Shown here in pieces: positions 1-13,335 of a DNA stretch of 64,000 bases. The notes beneath the pieces were generated by a model that did no database searches, was not told the DNA's origin, and saw only the letters and a program-made list of their open reading frames with translations. The DNA is from Eukaryota sp. TZLM1-RC (Eukaryota > Protista > Metamonada: BaSk clade): the NCBI GenBank assembly GCA_040285825.1, contig JAUPSS010000004.1, positions 4,803,784-4,867,783 on the forward strand, read 5' to 3'. The translations under genes and the position numbers were made by a program. The number at the start of each line of letters is the position of its first letter. The first letter of the stretch is position 1.

Positions 1-3000
1 GTCATTACTTGAACTTTATGACTATTGGAATTCAAATAAAAAGAAAGTAATTCGCGATAATTGACTGATGAAAAGAGTGATGTAGAATCAGGATTAACGA
101 CGATGCATCGCAAAATTAAAAAAATTGGACTGACACTTGCCACATCATCAGAAGAGCTCATACAATCAGAAATGATAGAGATTAAACAAGGAATAAACCC
201 TGAAAATTTGAATAATTGAAAAATTAAATTCTGATCCTGAGCAATGAGAGCTAGACAAGTCAAAATTTTCGATTCAACTGACGTTGGAATTATGGATTTC
301 TTATTAATTCTTTTCTTGTGACAGTCAAGCTCAACCATAACAAAATTAACCAAAATTTTAATAACAGAATTCTTGACAATCAAATTTCTCGCTTTCGACA
401 CAACTAAACAATTGGAAAAAATGGTCCACAAAAGAGGATTATCCAAAAACACTTGATTTCCATTAATTAATTCTGCTGTTAGTTCAACAAAAAAGGATTC
501 AAAATTTACCAATGAAGTGGCAATTGATTGAAATTGTGAAAGAAAGACCAAACAGTTAAGACAATTTCGTTGAAAATCTTCAATATAAATTCCCCGGGTC
601 ACTATTTTTAAAAATTTTCCACGCTGTTCAGAATTCAATGATAACCAACATTCAATGCTTGTAAAATTAACAAAAGACAACAAATTTAAAACAGAATTAA
701 ACAAATTTGTATCTATGGTGTCACCATTGCCAAAAGAAATAACCATTTTGTTGAACAAGGAGAAAATAAAGCAAATGAAAAGATCAGAAAAAGAAAGACA
801 CTCGTTGACTATTCGAGAATCTGAAAATTTGATAAAGATATTGGAAATTGAGCAAACTAAATGCGGGTTATTTGTAGATAAACTTTCTGGTAATAAGCGC
901 GATAATTGCCCAAGTAGCTCGGCCGAAAGGTCAAAGTGATGACGATTTTCAAGCAACTTCCACAGAAAACAAACTAAAGCAGACTGAAGCTCAGAATCAA
1001 TATTCAAAATACCAAAACTGATTGAATCAATCAAAAATGATGGAATTTCGTCGTCTTTGATTGAGTAAATGATGGGGACTAAAGACCCAAAAATGGAATC
1101 TACGTGAAACTTAGAAAACTCGAAATCTGAATTTAATATATTGTTCAAAATAGAATGAATGAAATGAAAATTGAAATTGAAATTGATAATGCTGGGCTTG
1201 AATGAACAATATTGAAGAATCAAGGGTAGTAATTTTGGATACTTATTTGAAATAATGGAAAAAACATTAATTAAATCAAATGAATACAATCGATCCGAGA
1301 AATGATAACAATTATTGATTAAAAAAATTAAAGATTTTGCATATTCAAGCGACTCATTTAGTATAAAATGTTCAAAATATTCAGACGTCACCCATTCAAT
1401 GAGATTGGTCGAAAATTTTGACACTATTGATGGAATAAATCTGTAAAATTTGCTAAAAGTGTTGATCTTACAGGAAAACAGGATAGAATTTAATAGTCTC
1501 GATAAAGAAATATTAAAAGAAACTATGTTATTTTTGTTTGGAAAACAAAAAAAGAACTAACCTCTAGACAAAAATCAACAATTTTTTCATAATCATCGAT
1601 TAAAAAAGATTGGTTTTGGTTGATTATAAGAGATAGACAATCAATGAATCGAGGACAAAGGGTCAGAATACGATGATTTCCGATAAAATCCAAAGACTTT
1701 AACTGAAGAAGATCATAAAGACGACCATTTTTAATCCCAGATAGAAAAACAAACAATAACTCACCAAAATTATTTAAATTTTCCAAACTTTTTTCCAAAA
1801 GATAAGAAGTGTTGAAAAGACATAAAATAGAAATGCAATCATCATTTGACATTGATACATGAAACTCTGATGACAGTTTGATTGGGGGTTGGGTTGATTT
1901 TTCGACAGATTGAGCTTTGCTATTCAATATTTGGGATGGACGATGTAAAAAATCAATTAAATTTGATAGTAATTGAGTAGTGATTAGCTCAAAATCAACA
2001 AAATTCAGGTTAATAACAGTCAATTTCTCAATTAATTCATCAGTCAAACTTCTAGAAATACTGGTTGAATTAGCAGAAAATTTGATGAAAAATTTCAAAA
2101 AAGAATTCAAAAGCGTTAAATTAGATTCCAACATTGATGATTGTGAATGGTAATCAATCGAGTGTATGATGACGTTAGCAGAAGTATCAAACACAGAAAC
2201 AGTAAAATTAGAAGGAATTAAAAACTGAGTGTGACTTTTGTTATAATTAAATGAAGAATCAAAGATAAATTCCAAAAAACAAGTAAATTTGATTAAAAAG
2301 CGTTGAAAATCAGGAATATTCCAGTTGAGCTTCAAAATCTCAATCAAATAAAGGACCATATTTTCAGATAAAAGGTTACGAGCTAGGATCAACGCTAGTC
2401 CGTTATTATGAACTTCTGAATTCAAAAAATCAAAAAATGAGTGGAAAAGTTCTATAGTTATCGACACATTGTGAAGGTCTGCAGACGATGAGGGGTTAAA
2501 AACTGAGTTGTAAACGTGATTGATTAAAGTTTCCATTAAAGTGACTGGAGAAAATAATGACAATATTGAACAGTTTAAATCAAAAAAATTACTTTTAAAC
2601 AATCCATTATAATTGTATAAACCATTATTAATAAAAAAATCAACAAGAGGCAAAGCTCTAGAAATCAACCCAGTTTCTGTCTCAAAAGGTTCAAAGATTA
2701 GGTCAAAAACCTTGAAATTACTGGCAACAAACGGGTAGGTCAAAAATTTGATTGATTGATGGATTGATTGTGTGTTGATTGGCATAGAAGGTGTCAAGAG
2801 TGATATTCCCAATATAGAAAGAGTTAGATACCTGAAAGATCGACTGGGATGAACAATCAGAGTAGCCAAGATTTTGATTGATTTCGTATTTTTGACCACA
2901 TCTGACGTGAGATTATGCCCTTCCCCAAGAAGTGCCTTAACCAGGAATACTAAAATAGGCAACACAAAACCGGGTCGAGGTTCATCAAGGAAATCAATCA

Positions 3001-4894
3001 ATTTTGACAGAAATGATGACGTGAGCAGTTTTGAGAAGTCCCGACTCCCACAAACAGCAGTTGCCAGTGAATTAAGAGCTGATGATCTAACTGAGGACGA
3101 CAAAGTGTATTCAAGGATCACATCACAGAGGTTTTTGATTTCTCCTGAAGTCAAGGATGTTTTTGACCTACTGGGTAAAAAGTTGACTAATGAAATATCC
3201 TTATAGTCCTTTGGATTTGCAGAATTAATTAACGGATCAGTCTTCAATAAATTTAATTCTTCATTACAATAAAGATTTTGTGAATACATTTCAAAAAGAC
3301 TTGAATACTTCGAACTCATTAAATCGTGAGCTGCTCTTGTTCGGTGACAAGAAGAGATCAAAAATAGCCCAGATAACAGTGAAACAAGCTCAACATCAGG
3401 GAAATCTTCCTTCACATAATTGAGAAACTTCGTTGCAACATCATGAAACAAAGTATTGGTGGATAAGGACACCAAGAAAGGTACAATTTGAGTCAACCCT
3501 TCTAATTTATATTGTCTATTTCTCATCAAAAAAAGATAAAAGGAAGTTAACACCCTCTGACCTTCTGTATCAAGAGTCAAGTTAATGATAACCGTAGGCG
3601 AAATAATGATTGGAACCAAACTGGGAGGGATTGATTCTGACATAGAGAAGAGTTGAGAAATAAACGATGAAACTTCCATTCTTACCTTGACTGAGGAAGA
3701 ATTGATCAAGCTAATCAAAATTGATTGAAAAAGGTCAAATTCTTCAAAAGTCAGTTCATGTATGAACTTTTCTAGCCTAGTCAAGATCAAAGCGACATCG
3801 TCGAGATACTCAACTGCTGGTAATGCATTATAAAGGTCAATAAGTGTCGAGTAAAGGTCAATATTGTTATAGATTTTGACACTTTTCACTACTTTTAGAG
3901 CATAATCCAAATTTGAATTAACTTTATCGTTCATTTGGCAAATTGAATTAACAATAACAGGTCCAAAAATACCACAATTGTAAAGGAAGCCAGGAGAGAA
4001 TAAATAACTGCCTAAAACGTCACCGTAAAGGTCATCAATATTACTAAAAATAGAAACATCTGTAACGTTGACAAAACAAATTGAGAAAAAGAGAGGAAGT
4101 AAATGAGGGATCAATGAAAATTTGGAATAAAAGTCAGAAATATCAGCTGGATCTGAATTATAAAAGTTTTTGAATGTTTTCAGTTTGGAAATAAAAATAG
4201 CAATTAATTTGAGCGCCTTGACTTGACCCAATTCGTGACTGAAGATAGACTGGATTTTTCCAAAAATGGACCTGAAAATTATCAACTCTTGGTCAAAAGT
4301 AACGTCATCAACACCAGAAAAGGTAAGACTTTCTGCGAATTCTGAGCTAATTTCTTCAAAAATCTGCTCCGTCATATTTCTTTCAATGGTAACTGCTTCA
4401 ACTACAGACTTCTTCTCATCTTCCTTTTCCATGACACTGATATTTGGGGGGAAGGGCAAGGGTCTAGATGGTTTAGTTGGAGAGTAGTCATCAAAAGTCA
4501 AACTTGTTGACCTACTTTTTGAGCTGGATAGTTTTGTTGAAGTTATCATTGAGCGAGTTAGGGTATGTAAAAGTGCCTTGATCTGTTCAATTAAAGAAGA
4601 AGGGATGTCTGGGTCTATAGACATATCTTGAAAAAATGTTATGCCATCAAGCTCTCGGATGAGGTCAGCTCCATGTTTGAGAGTACAGCACTGTGAAAGT
4701 AGCGAAAGTGCAAGCTCAGGATTAGGAACATCTGGATAGTTAAACCAGTTCAAGAGGGATAATATAAGATCCTCTGTAATAAGGTCACGAAGGGAAATGA
4801 TTCCATGTTTAACCTTGGAATCAATGTTGGTTAGAGCACGGAGACGTATGGATGGAATATCATGACTCAGCCGAGAGACAAGATGATCCAACAT
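1..4894 (-). CDS. RTTN: Rotatin-like centriolar armadillo-repeat protein; 39-nt intron at 1523-1561; runs off the window start
   Basis: N-terminus LVSRLSHDIPSIRLRALTNIDSKVKHG...LLNWFNYP matches the rotatin N-terminal domain. The 1123-aa ORF ends inside a GTTAGT...ATAG intron, and the frame stays open downstream (FSFNISLSRLLNSIL...). Confidence 0.75.
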
Positions 4895-5709
4895 GAGACT
4901 TTAATTGATACTTGAATCTTTTCGATCACACAGACTAGTCACCATAGACTAACTAATTAACTTAACTTAGTTAGTTGTAGTTATCCTATCTGATTGGTAT
5001 CCTTTGTGTAAAGCTCCTTGCCACACTTCTTGCTTTTTGGTGCCATGTACACATCTTGTTCTCGTCTTGATCTTAGAATGACGTCTTCTTTGTACTTGTA
5101 GTCATCAAACAACATTCATTCCTCTCCAGCACACCAATCATTGATGATGTTTCATCTACTTATCCCAAATCCCCTTTTTTACCATTTTTCTTCTTAACTG
5201 AGATCCTTCAAACTCTCAATCAATTTTTCCTTCTGGAATAGTTTGCTGCCGTCAAGTCAAGCCAAGATTATTATTTATTTATTTATTTATTTTTACTGAC
5301 AACTTGAATATTACTAGTTTTTCTTTTTGAGTGATACTGTTATTTTGTTTACTTTGTAGTTGCGATTGTTTCAGGAGATCAGAGTCTATACCAAATATTG
5401 AGAGTAATTCTCTTTATTTAGAATCTCTATTCTTGAATACATAAACGACTGAGTAATCATCAATCTTTCAGTTATTAACTGTTTGAAGTTCTTTACGGTC
5501 AAGAAAGATTTGATTGCGTGTGTCGGTATAGTCTACATGTTCTGAGGTTTTCTATTGAAAGGAATTTTCAAAGGTTGGTCAGTGACACCACTGGTTGTAA
5601 ACACAAATGTCCAAAACTCTACTGTGATGTTCAATTTCGTTGCATAATACCCCTGAAATTCTTTCTCCCAACCGAGTTTCTCCCTCTTCTTTCCTCTTCT
5701 TTTATCTCA

Positions 5710-6441
5710 ATGCCTTACACATTTGACATGTTCTTCAACACACAGGTTGACTTCCGTACACTCAACGTACGTGCTTCGGAGGACACCAAGGTCAGAGCTG
5801 ATTGGACGTGCTTTTATCACGAAAAAACACAAGCTGAGGTTGCAGAGTTCTTTTTGGTTAATCAAAGTACCATAAGTAGGTGGATTGTTGAAGCCTTTGA
5901 AGACAAAGATGATGACAAGGACCTCAAAATACGTGGTAAAATCAAGGCTGGCGATTTCCAATACATCAAGAATGTACTGGAAAACGATCCTCTTTTATAT
6001 TTAATAGAAATAGCCCAGCTTCTAAAACATCATAGAGGAAAGACAGTTTTTATTTCCTGCATTCACAGAGCCCTTGTGAAAATGGGATACACTCACAAAC
6101 GTTGTAAAATGCTCGTGAGAAGAACCAAAACCAACCTCATTAAACAATTTGAAAATAAAATATCGATTCCTGTAGGTTTTATACTTCAGTATAAACTTGT
6201 GTTTATTGACGAGGTAAGCTTCAGAGGAGAAGATTTTACACGCAGATATGGATGGTCTCGTCGTGGAAAGGGCATAGTTGCCGATACAAAAGCATTGGCA
6301 GAAACGCATATTAGTGCCTGCGTTGCGATTAATCAAAATGGCTTTTTACATTGTAATATTCAATACGGTCATTTCAATCGTCTTGACTTTGTTTTATTTA
6401 TAGCTGATTTACTTAGAATCAATACTTTGAACCATCATTGA
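5710..6441 (+). mobile_element. IS630/Tc1-mariner transposase, 3'-truncated
   Basis: HTH (TQAEVAEFFLVNQSTISRWI), second HTH (LYLIEIAQLL...IHRALVKMGYTHKR), first catalytic Asp in LVFIDEVSF, and RRYGWSRRGK. The ORF stops before the second Asp. Confidence 0.8.
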
Positions 6442-6859
6442 CGGATTGATTGTTCGAATCTATACAGAAATTCTGGTTGGGTTGATAATCAATTTGACAA
6501 AACCCCGTATTTGATGAAAAATAATTTGAAATGTTCTTTAAATGATGGTGAGGCTAAAGAAAAAATTAATTGTTCAAAAAAATTGATATTTGATATGTAA
6601 TAGTAAAATGAAGATTTCTTCCAGTATTTCAATTTTTTTTGGTGAATATACAGATAAAAAAAGAAAAATTAAAAACAAAATTAAAAAATCTATTGGCAAA
6701 ACTATTGTTGGGATGCACCATGAAAGGTATCAACTACAATAGAACATCGCTTGAGTTGTGTCTCGACAACTGAATGTAGTTGTGCTCGACTAGTCGTTCT
6801 CATTCATGCACTCCTCAATCTGGGTGCCATCATCAAACAAATGTTGTTGATAGAATCAT

Positions 6860-7375
6860 CTACCAAAGATTCAACTTTAACAAACTAAAAAGCTCTGTAG
6901 ATATTTCTTGGCTGACAATATCAGCCTTGTTGATGAGTTTTTGAACATCGATTTCCGGATCAACAGGAAAAAATTCACCAGCTAATACAGCAGATGGGTT
7001 AGTAGTGACGACACTGTGGTCGGATGAGTACAGAGACGCCCATTTGGACCACGAACTAAGATCAGGGGCGTAAATGTTTTTGTTGAGGTCCATCAAAACC
7101 TCAACAGCAATATTCCGACTTTGAACCTTCTTCTTGATCTTCTCAAGTTCACGTATCTGTCCTAAGAAAATGTTATCAGGCATGATGCGTATTTCAAATG
7201 CTACAGCTTTGTTGCTATTAATAAACTTGTTAATGAGATCGTTTATTAAAGATGCATCTATTTCAGCCATCGAACGGCACTTCTTCCTCACAGCTATTGC
7301 AACTGTCCATTGTGATTCGATGTGAACAGCCATATCTTCTTTTTGTGCAAGTCTATACAGTTGTCTGAGCATCAC
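6860..7375 (-). pseudogene. Unassigned 171-aa ORF inside the TE island, probably a TE-derived fragment
   Basis: Open frame between TE remnants; no recognisable motif. Confidence 0.25.
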
Positions 7376-7486
7376 AGTTTCAAGATCTTGGGGTAAAATG
7401 TTGGATCAAGAGTAGTACAAGGTTTCTTTGCCAAGTTTAAGAGGGCTTCCTTGACGACAAGAAAGATAATACCTGACTAGAATGGG

Positions 7487-9696
7487 TCATATGTTGTAGG
7501 TTGTGGGGCCAAGCTCATCGAATGATATATGTGCACATACAACATGTTTTGTATGTGGATTTGGTAACTTACATATTTCAAGAACAACAGATTGAAGTTT
7601 CCACTCGGCATTTATCCAATGTATTGTAATTCCGATAAAAGGCATTTGTGAGACACTGGTCCATAGATCGGCTGTTAAAGAAACGGAGGCGTTAATGTTC
7701 TTTATGGATGCCTTAATTTGTTCTTTTAAACATTGATATTGTGCCACTAATCTACGTTGAACAGTTTGACGTGACGGAAGATATTGAACACGTGGATTGA
7801 GATGTTGCATAAGAGATAAGAGAGCGGGACTTTCAACAAAAGAAAATGGTAAGTCTTTTTCAATTATTAGAGAGAGAATGAAAGTAAGCAGTTCATATAG
7901 TTCATCACGAGACATTTCTCGAATTGGTTTAGGTTCAGAAGTTTGTGAAAAGAAGGTTGAGATGGTATGTTGATTGTCTGGAACAGAACCTCTTTCTTCT
8001 TGGCTTAACAGAGAGTTATGATTTCTACGGAGATGACGCATTAAATTTCTATTTCCGGTGTTCTTACCATTGGAGTTGGCATTTCGTTCACAGGTAGCAA
8101 CGTCACAACGGACAAGACCATTTGGGAGACGGGTCATATATTTCAGAACCCAGGACCTGTTGGGTGAAGTAAAAGGCAAAGATATTGTGTGGTCTTCCAC
8201 AGAAATAAAACAACAAAAGCCAATTGCAAAATATAAACTTTGATTTGACAGTTTGAAAAACCAAATTAAACAAAAATTAAGCATACATTTATTTATTTAT
8301 TTATTATTATTATAGAGTGACAACATACAGCTAAGAGCTAGAACTTATAAGAAGAAAAATTCTCCACATCTACCCTTACACTTCTATATAACTTTTTGAA
8401 TATCTGAGACAAGTATTTGAGAAAGCTTCGAGATAAAGCAAAGATGATTCTATTACGCCAAATGGAGATGTTAAATAATCTGTTACGTTCAAAACATAAC
8501 TTGGCAAAAGAATCAAGAAACTTTTGACCTATCTTACCAATACTTCCAAAAATCGAAATTGCAAACAGAATGAAGACAAAAGAAGAGTATAAATTTTGAT
8601 TAAGATTCCTCATTACTTCATCATACAACTGATTCTTACGTGCCTCCGCCTGATACAGATGCGAATTTTCATCATTAAATACTGAAGACAAGTACACTTT
8701 TGCACAAGGGTCAACGGTAGTAAAATCAACAACCGCCTGAGATGAGTTAGTAAAGGGTACAATCAAATCTCCACGTTGACAGTTGAAAATATCGTTATCA
8801 CTGTTTGTGTTTCAGTAGAGGTTCTATTTTCCCTTTAACACCATGACACCTAAACATCTCATATGTCACATCACGAACCGAGTTGTGTAAGATTGACCTG
8901 AACTGAAGTAACTTTTTACAACTGACAATATGTTTGAGATCAGCTTTAGGTCTTTTAACACAGCAACAAACACTATTATCCAATAGTTTTGAGGGAAATA
9001 ATCCAAGGCGAAGTCGCATATTCATTTTCCACGCATCATTGTCGAGATGGTCAAATGACCAAATGGTCTGGGCTGTTGTGTGAAAAGAGCACTACTTTGT
9101 TGTAAATCAATCAAAAAGGCTGCAAAGACGGGATTCTCTGACTTGGTCACACTAAGACGTTTAGCAAAATCCAAGTCCTCAAGACTATGTAAGATAGAAT
9201 TTTGTAATTTAACAACAGAAAATCGTAAAGAATCAACAGATCTCTCAGGAATATCATCAATCTTAGATGGAAAGCACTTATTCCAAACTTCAATAGGCAA
9301 ATCCTGAATAGCAGTACCAAGGGAAGATAACCATGAAGAATTCTCTTTAAGCAAATAGCCATAAACCTTTTGAAAGCGCAGATTAAACTCAAAAAGGAAA
9401 TTTTTAAAACCCCCTATATAGGCACTCTTGCACAGATAATCTGCTCTAGAAGCATACATTTATTAATTACTGGATAATTTATATTTATTATATGTCATTG
9501 CAATAACTGAATACAAGTTATAAACAGTGGTAGAAAAACTATATGAGACATTGGGTGAACTGGTTCAGAACCAGTTCAAACTAGTTCGGAACCTGAACCT
9601 GTCATTCTTGAACCTGAACTGAACTGAACCTAAAATTCTCTGAACCTGAACTGAAATGAACCAGTTCAAGATTTCACTGTTCAACGAGTTAACCTG
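7487..9696 (-). mobile_element. hAT transposon 5' half (BED zinc finger plus start of DDE domain), interrupted by a retroelement
   Basis: BED finger RSWVLKYM...VRCDVATC...NLMRHLRRNH; LPFSFVES...PSRQTV; catalytic SLTADLWTS. A TGAAC/GAACC subterminal repeat cluster at 9556-9680 ends in a CAGGTTAACTC terminus at 9696 (minus strand). Confidence 0.8.
8288..9460 (-). mobile_element. 5'-truncated CRE-like non-LTR retrotransposon (CCHC plus RLE endonuclease region)
   Basis: MRLRLGL, CCC...HIVSC..HNSVRD zinc motif, RGDLIVP..VDFT..AEARK restriction-like endonuclease, FAISIFGSIG, and a (TAA/TAAA)n tail at 8288-8312. Confidence 0.8.
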
Positions 9697-9839
9697 AATA
9701 TGAAATTTTATGAATTAAAGTTGATTAATCAAAATTTTAAGTACACTCAAAGCTATCCAGATCTCTTCATTGATTGGATTCTTCTTCACTACTAAGATTA
9801 TGCATATCTTCTATTTCAATTTTACTATGGCAATCTAGT

Positions 9840-10050
9840 TCAGCACACAGTGAACCCCATTCCCAATAACCATAAGCTGACGTGGCCTTGGTATTTATCT
9901 TGACACCCGATGAACACCACGTTCTCAGCATTTCCACTCTGAAGGCGATTGCGTTTCACTGGCAAAACACTTCCAAAGCTGGACCAGTTACGTTCTACAG
10001 GTGGATAAAATAAGGTTTCTATAAAGGGCTTGTTAAATTTCCCTAATTTA
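9840..10050 (-). mobile_element. hAT C-terminal dimerisation-domain fragment
   Basis: VERNWSSFGSVLPVKRNRLQSGNAENVVFI matches the hAT dimerisation signature. Confidence 0.6.
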
Positions 10051-10513
10051 AAGCAAAGGGCCTTCTTTGACCAAAGAAACAATAAAGGATACCTCTGAGT
10101 TTGCAACATTAGGCGTGAATTTGAAGTTTCATCATTCTTTGGTGATTTGTTAAAGGCGGCCTGTAACCAGCGACAAGGAGTTGACTGTGAAATGCAGAAG
10201 TATTGTGTTAAAATAAGCCTGTGGTTTGTTAAGAAACATAAAGGTATAACGGGACCCAACTTTTGTGTTCTCAAAACCGAACACCCTTGAGGACGCAAGC
10301 TCTTGTGAAGACAACAACATGTCGTATGTACACCCCATAAATAATAGTGACTGTCTGTTTGTTGGTTTTGTTAAATGTTATGGCAATAAAAAGAAGTTCA
10401 ATACTACAAAAGGTTATTAATATAGACATTCTCTTTCAAAGGAAGGAAGGTTGATGTAAGATTTAAAAGGTCTCTGTTGATGAAGCTGTTGTGATGACAT
10501 CATATCACTTCTG

Positions 10514-11161
10514 TTACAAAAGAAGAAAGGTTGATCTTATTGTGTACAAGACGAACTGATATAGAATTACAGATTGATTTGACCCTGCTTCTTTGTCAAA
10601 AAAGGCCATTTGAGGAATGAGTGAAAATTGAGTGAGTAAAACAAGTTTGTACTCACAACTGAGGATTTGAACTGGCATTTTGATAACCTTTTGTTGTACT
10701 TGCTCTTGTTGCCACATTTTGTAGGTCTCCTTGACCTTGATTGTAAAGGCTACACCCTCCCCACTGTGCCCAGAAATCCATTTAGCTATCGTGGAGGTTA
10801 CTCCTCGACGGAACTGGGTGCCGGTTGACTTGTATTTGACTTCAAGTTGCCAGTCACTGTTATACTTCTTTTTCCTTGCAGACAATTGGGAGTGGAAAAA
10901 TTGATGAGAAGCTTCCTGAAGTTCTACTGTGGTAAAGCATTTGTCATAATAAAGAGATATTTTCTGTAGAAAAAAGGCACGGGCACCTTTGTACAGTTGT
11001 AGCATCAGTTGTACCTTGATGGAGGATGTTTCGGCTTTATTGAGGAAAGAAGACATGAATTTATTGGGTGAGTGAAAAGACAAGCAATGTGTTGATAATT
11101 TATTTGAATTGAAAATCACGGAGCAAAAAAATGGCAAATTACTTGAAAGTTCGAGTAACAC
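10514..11161 (-). pseudogene. Unassigned 215-aa ORF in the TE island
   Basis: Long ORF with no recognised motif, flanked by TE debris. Confidence 0.2.
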
Positions 11162-12013
11162 TCACACTCAGTTTCGAGAACACCAAGCAATACTCAAGTA
11201 ATACTCCAGTAACAAAAGCCCGTTTCTTCACCTATAACTAAGCACTCGGTTAAATCCAATTTTTCCATGATCACACATAATGAAAACGGGGTCGAGGTCC
11301 ATAGACGGACATGTTCCTTTCTCTCTGTTTCTCTCTCAAGTTTAATCACTGGATTGCTTATGGTTGTGTCTTTCTTGACCCAAGAGTAGACCTCAATTCT
11401 ATTCCAGAGAAATTGAAATCAGAAATTATCGTTTCCATTTTCGAACAGTACCTCAAAACTCATTACGGAACCAAAGAAGTACAAATCAGTGACCAAGGTG
11501 AGCAGTGGGAATGTGTCAGCTCACGGGAAGGCTATTGTATCAGCTTAAACCAAAGAAAAAGCAGAAATATGGTAAATTAGAAGATGAGATAAGAACTTAC
11601 AGATCTCATTCTATTCAGGAAATCCATTCAGACCCACTTACGTTTTGGGAAATGCAATCGGGTTTTTCCCTGTTTTTAGCAAAGCTGCTCAAGACTTTCT
11701 TAGTATCCAGCCTTCTTCTGTTGCTACAGAATCCCTTTTTTTTCTTTTGTGCAGGTAATCTGATTAACGCCAGACGTACAAGATTGAATACTGAAAGTGT
11801 ACATGCAATTCTGAGTTTGAAATCATGAAGTTGTTATAGTTTGGATGATAAATAAACCATTGTGAATTTTTGTTAATTTATTTTTTAATACTACAGTTTA
11901 GTTGTACTTGAATAGGACTTGAGTAGTAGTCAAGTAAATTTCTCAAATCTTTGAGTTATACTGATACTCCCTTTTCAGTAGCCTAAGTATTACTTGAGTA
12001 ATTGCCATCTCTG
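11125..12013 (+). mobile_element. Internally deleted hAT element
   Basis: VFLDPRV, DEIRTY...DPLTFW and AGNLINARRTRLNTESVHAIL (frameshifted dimerisation domain). Imperfect TIRs ATGGCAAATTACTTGA / TTGAGTAATTGCCATCTCTG with TACTC/GAGTA subterminal repeats. Confidence 0.7.
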
Positions 12014-12201
12014 CTCACAACCCACTCAAAAAGCGATTCTCAGCACTACAACAATTACTTGTTGCTCACTATTTTGTCATTTAGTTTTAGGATAGATTCT
12101 TTCCGTGCAAAGTAGGATTTGGCCATATCATAATTAGAGGACCATCGTGTTGAGTTGGCTCACTTTGGAGTTTTACACACATGTCTTAGTTTTTCAAGAT
12201 A

Positions 12202-12372
12202 CACTACTGGCAGTAATTAGTCTCACTGAGACTAATTTTGTTCTCGAATTTTTCCGGTTGAAAACACGAAAATTTATGGTACTAATTGAGAACATAATTA
12301 GTCCCACTTGATGATTTTGAGTGATGCCATAGACATAATTAGTCTCAGTGAGACTAATTACTGCCAGCAGTG
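12202..12372. mobile_element. 171-bp MITE with 36-bp TIRs and TA target duplication
   Basis: CACTACTGGCAGTAATTAGTCTCACTGAGACTAATT ... AATTAGTCTCAGTGAGACTAATTACTGCCAGCAGTG, with TA on both flanks. Confidence 0.85.
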
Positions 12373-13235
12373 TAATTATCTTTCCAAAGCAATGCGTTAC
12401 ACATCCACAAGATGCATCTTGAGTTCATTACATAGTTTCTTATTCGGAGAACAATTATCTGCGGTAATGAGCAAAACATTAGTCAAATGCTTGTTTTGAA
12501 AGCTATACTAACTGTCGGAATCAATTCAATGTGTGCACTTTTTACGGAACTCAGTGGCCATTTGATATGCTTTAGGAGTTGAAAACAACGGAATGGCATT
12601 CATAAGATACAAAACACAATTAATTTTCACAAGTAAACACATTTTACGAATGAAGTTTTAGTCTAAAGGAATCCAACTTATATCCACAAAATTCTCATTT
12701 TTCCAAAAGGTCTGGGACATGTCAACCCACTTTTCTAAAAAGTGGAACACGTCTACCCTCCACTCTTATGTTGCTATTTTTGTACCCAATTCCTTTATGG
12801 AAACAGTTCACATCATGATGTAATTGATGACGCCATTACTTCAGCGTTTCATGCTATATCAGTGACCTCTTACTTTCAGTAGTACATCAACCAACCTATA
12901 ACAACTTGAACAAACACACCCTCGACGCCTTTGCTTCTAAAAACCATGGCGGTAAGCTCCTGGTGTGCGTTTACCGTTATTTCGGCTGATCACGGGACAG
13001 ATAGTCATAATACAATACTCTGTGGCCACTGACGGTGTGAGTTTGTAACACACACTACAACGGTAGGCAGTTTCAGTAGAGTCAAAAAACTGGTAACAGT
13101 CTTGGCAGAGTTGCAGAGGGTTGTGGATTACAAGAACCTAAAAACATCGTTTAATAGCACAAACATGTCAGCTAAACGTTGAAGTTGCTGGTGAATGTTT
13201 CTGAAATGAATGAAAAGTGAAAACCTCCCAGAACC

Positions 13236-13335
13236 AAGTTGAAGGTTAAAAACCTGCCAGAATAGGCATTCAGAATTTAAGAATGGGGTAACAAGTGCAA
13301 AATTTGATAACTAAGATCATTTTTTTCTCTACATG
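13236..13335 (+). promoter_or_regulatory. Conserved Fanzor upstream motif, copy A
   Basis: AAGTTGAAGGTTAAAAACCTGCCAGAA...AATGGGGTAACAAGTG..AATTTGA is shared with 27260-27360 and 50445-50543. The AATGGGGT box is 51 nt before the ATG. Confidence 0.75.

Noticed and set aside
655-4487. Plus-strand ORFs 655-939, 2874-3206, 4266-4487 and similar short antisense ORFs elsewhere
   Set aside because: Shadow frames opposite real genes or TEs, with no motifs.
5710-6441. Tc1/IS630 transposase as the mobiliser of Fanzor A
   Set aside because: It is 7 kb away with unrelated TEs in between, and there are no shared TIRs or TA duplications at the Fanzor ends.
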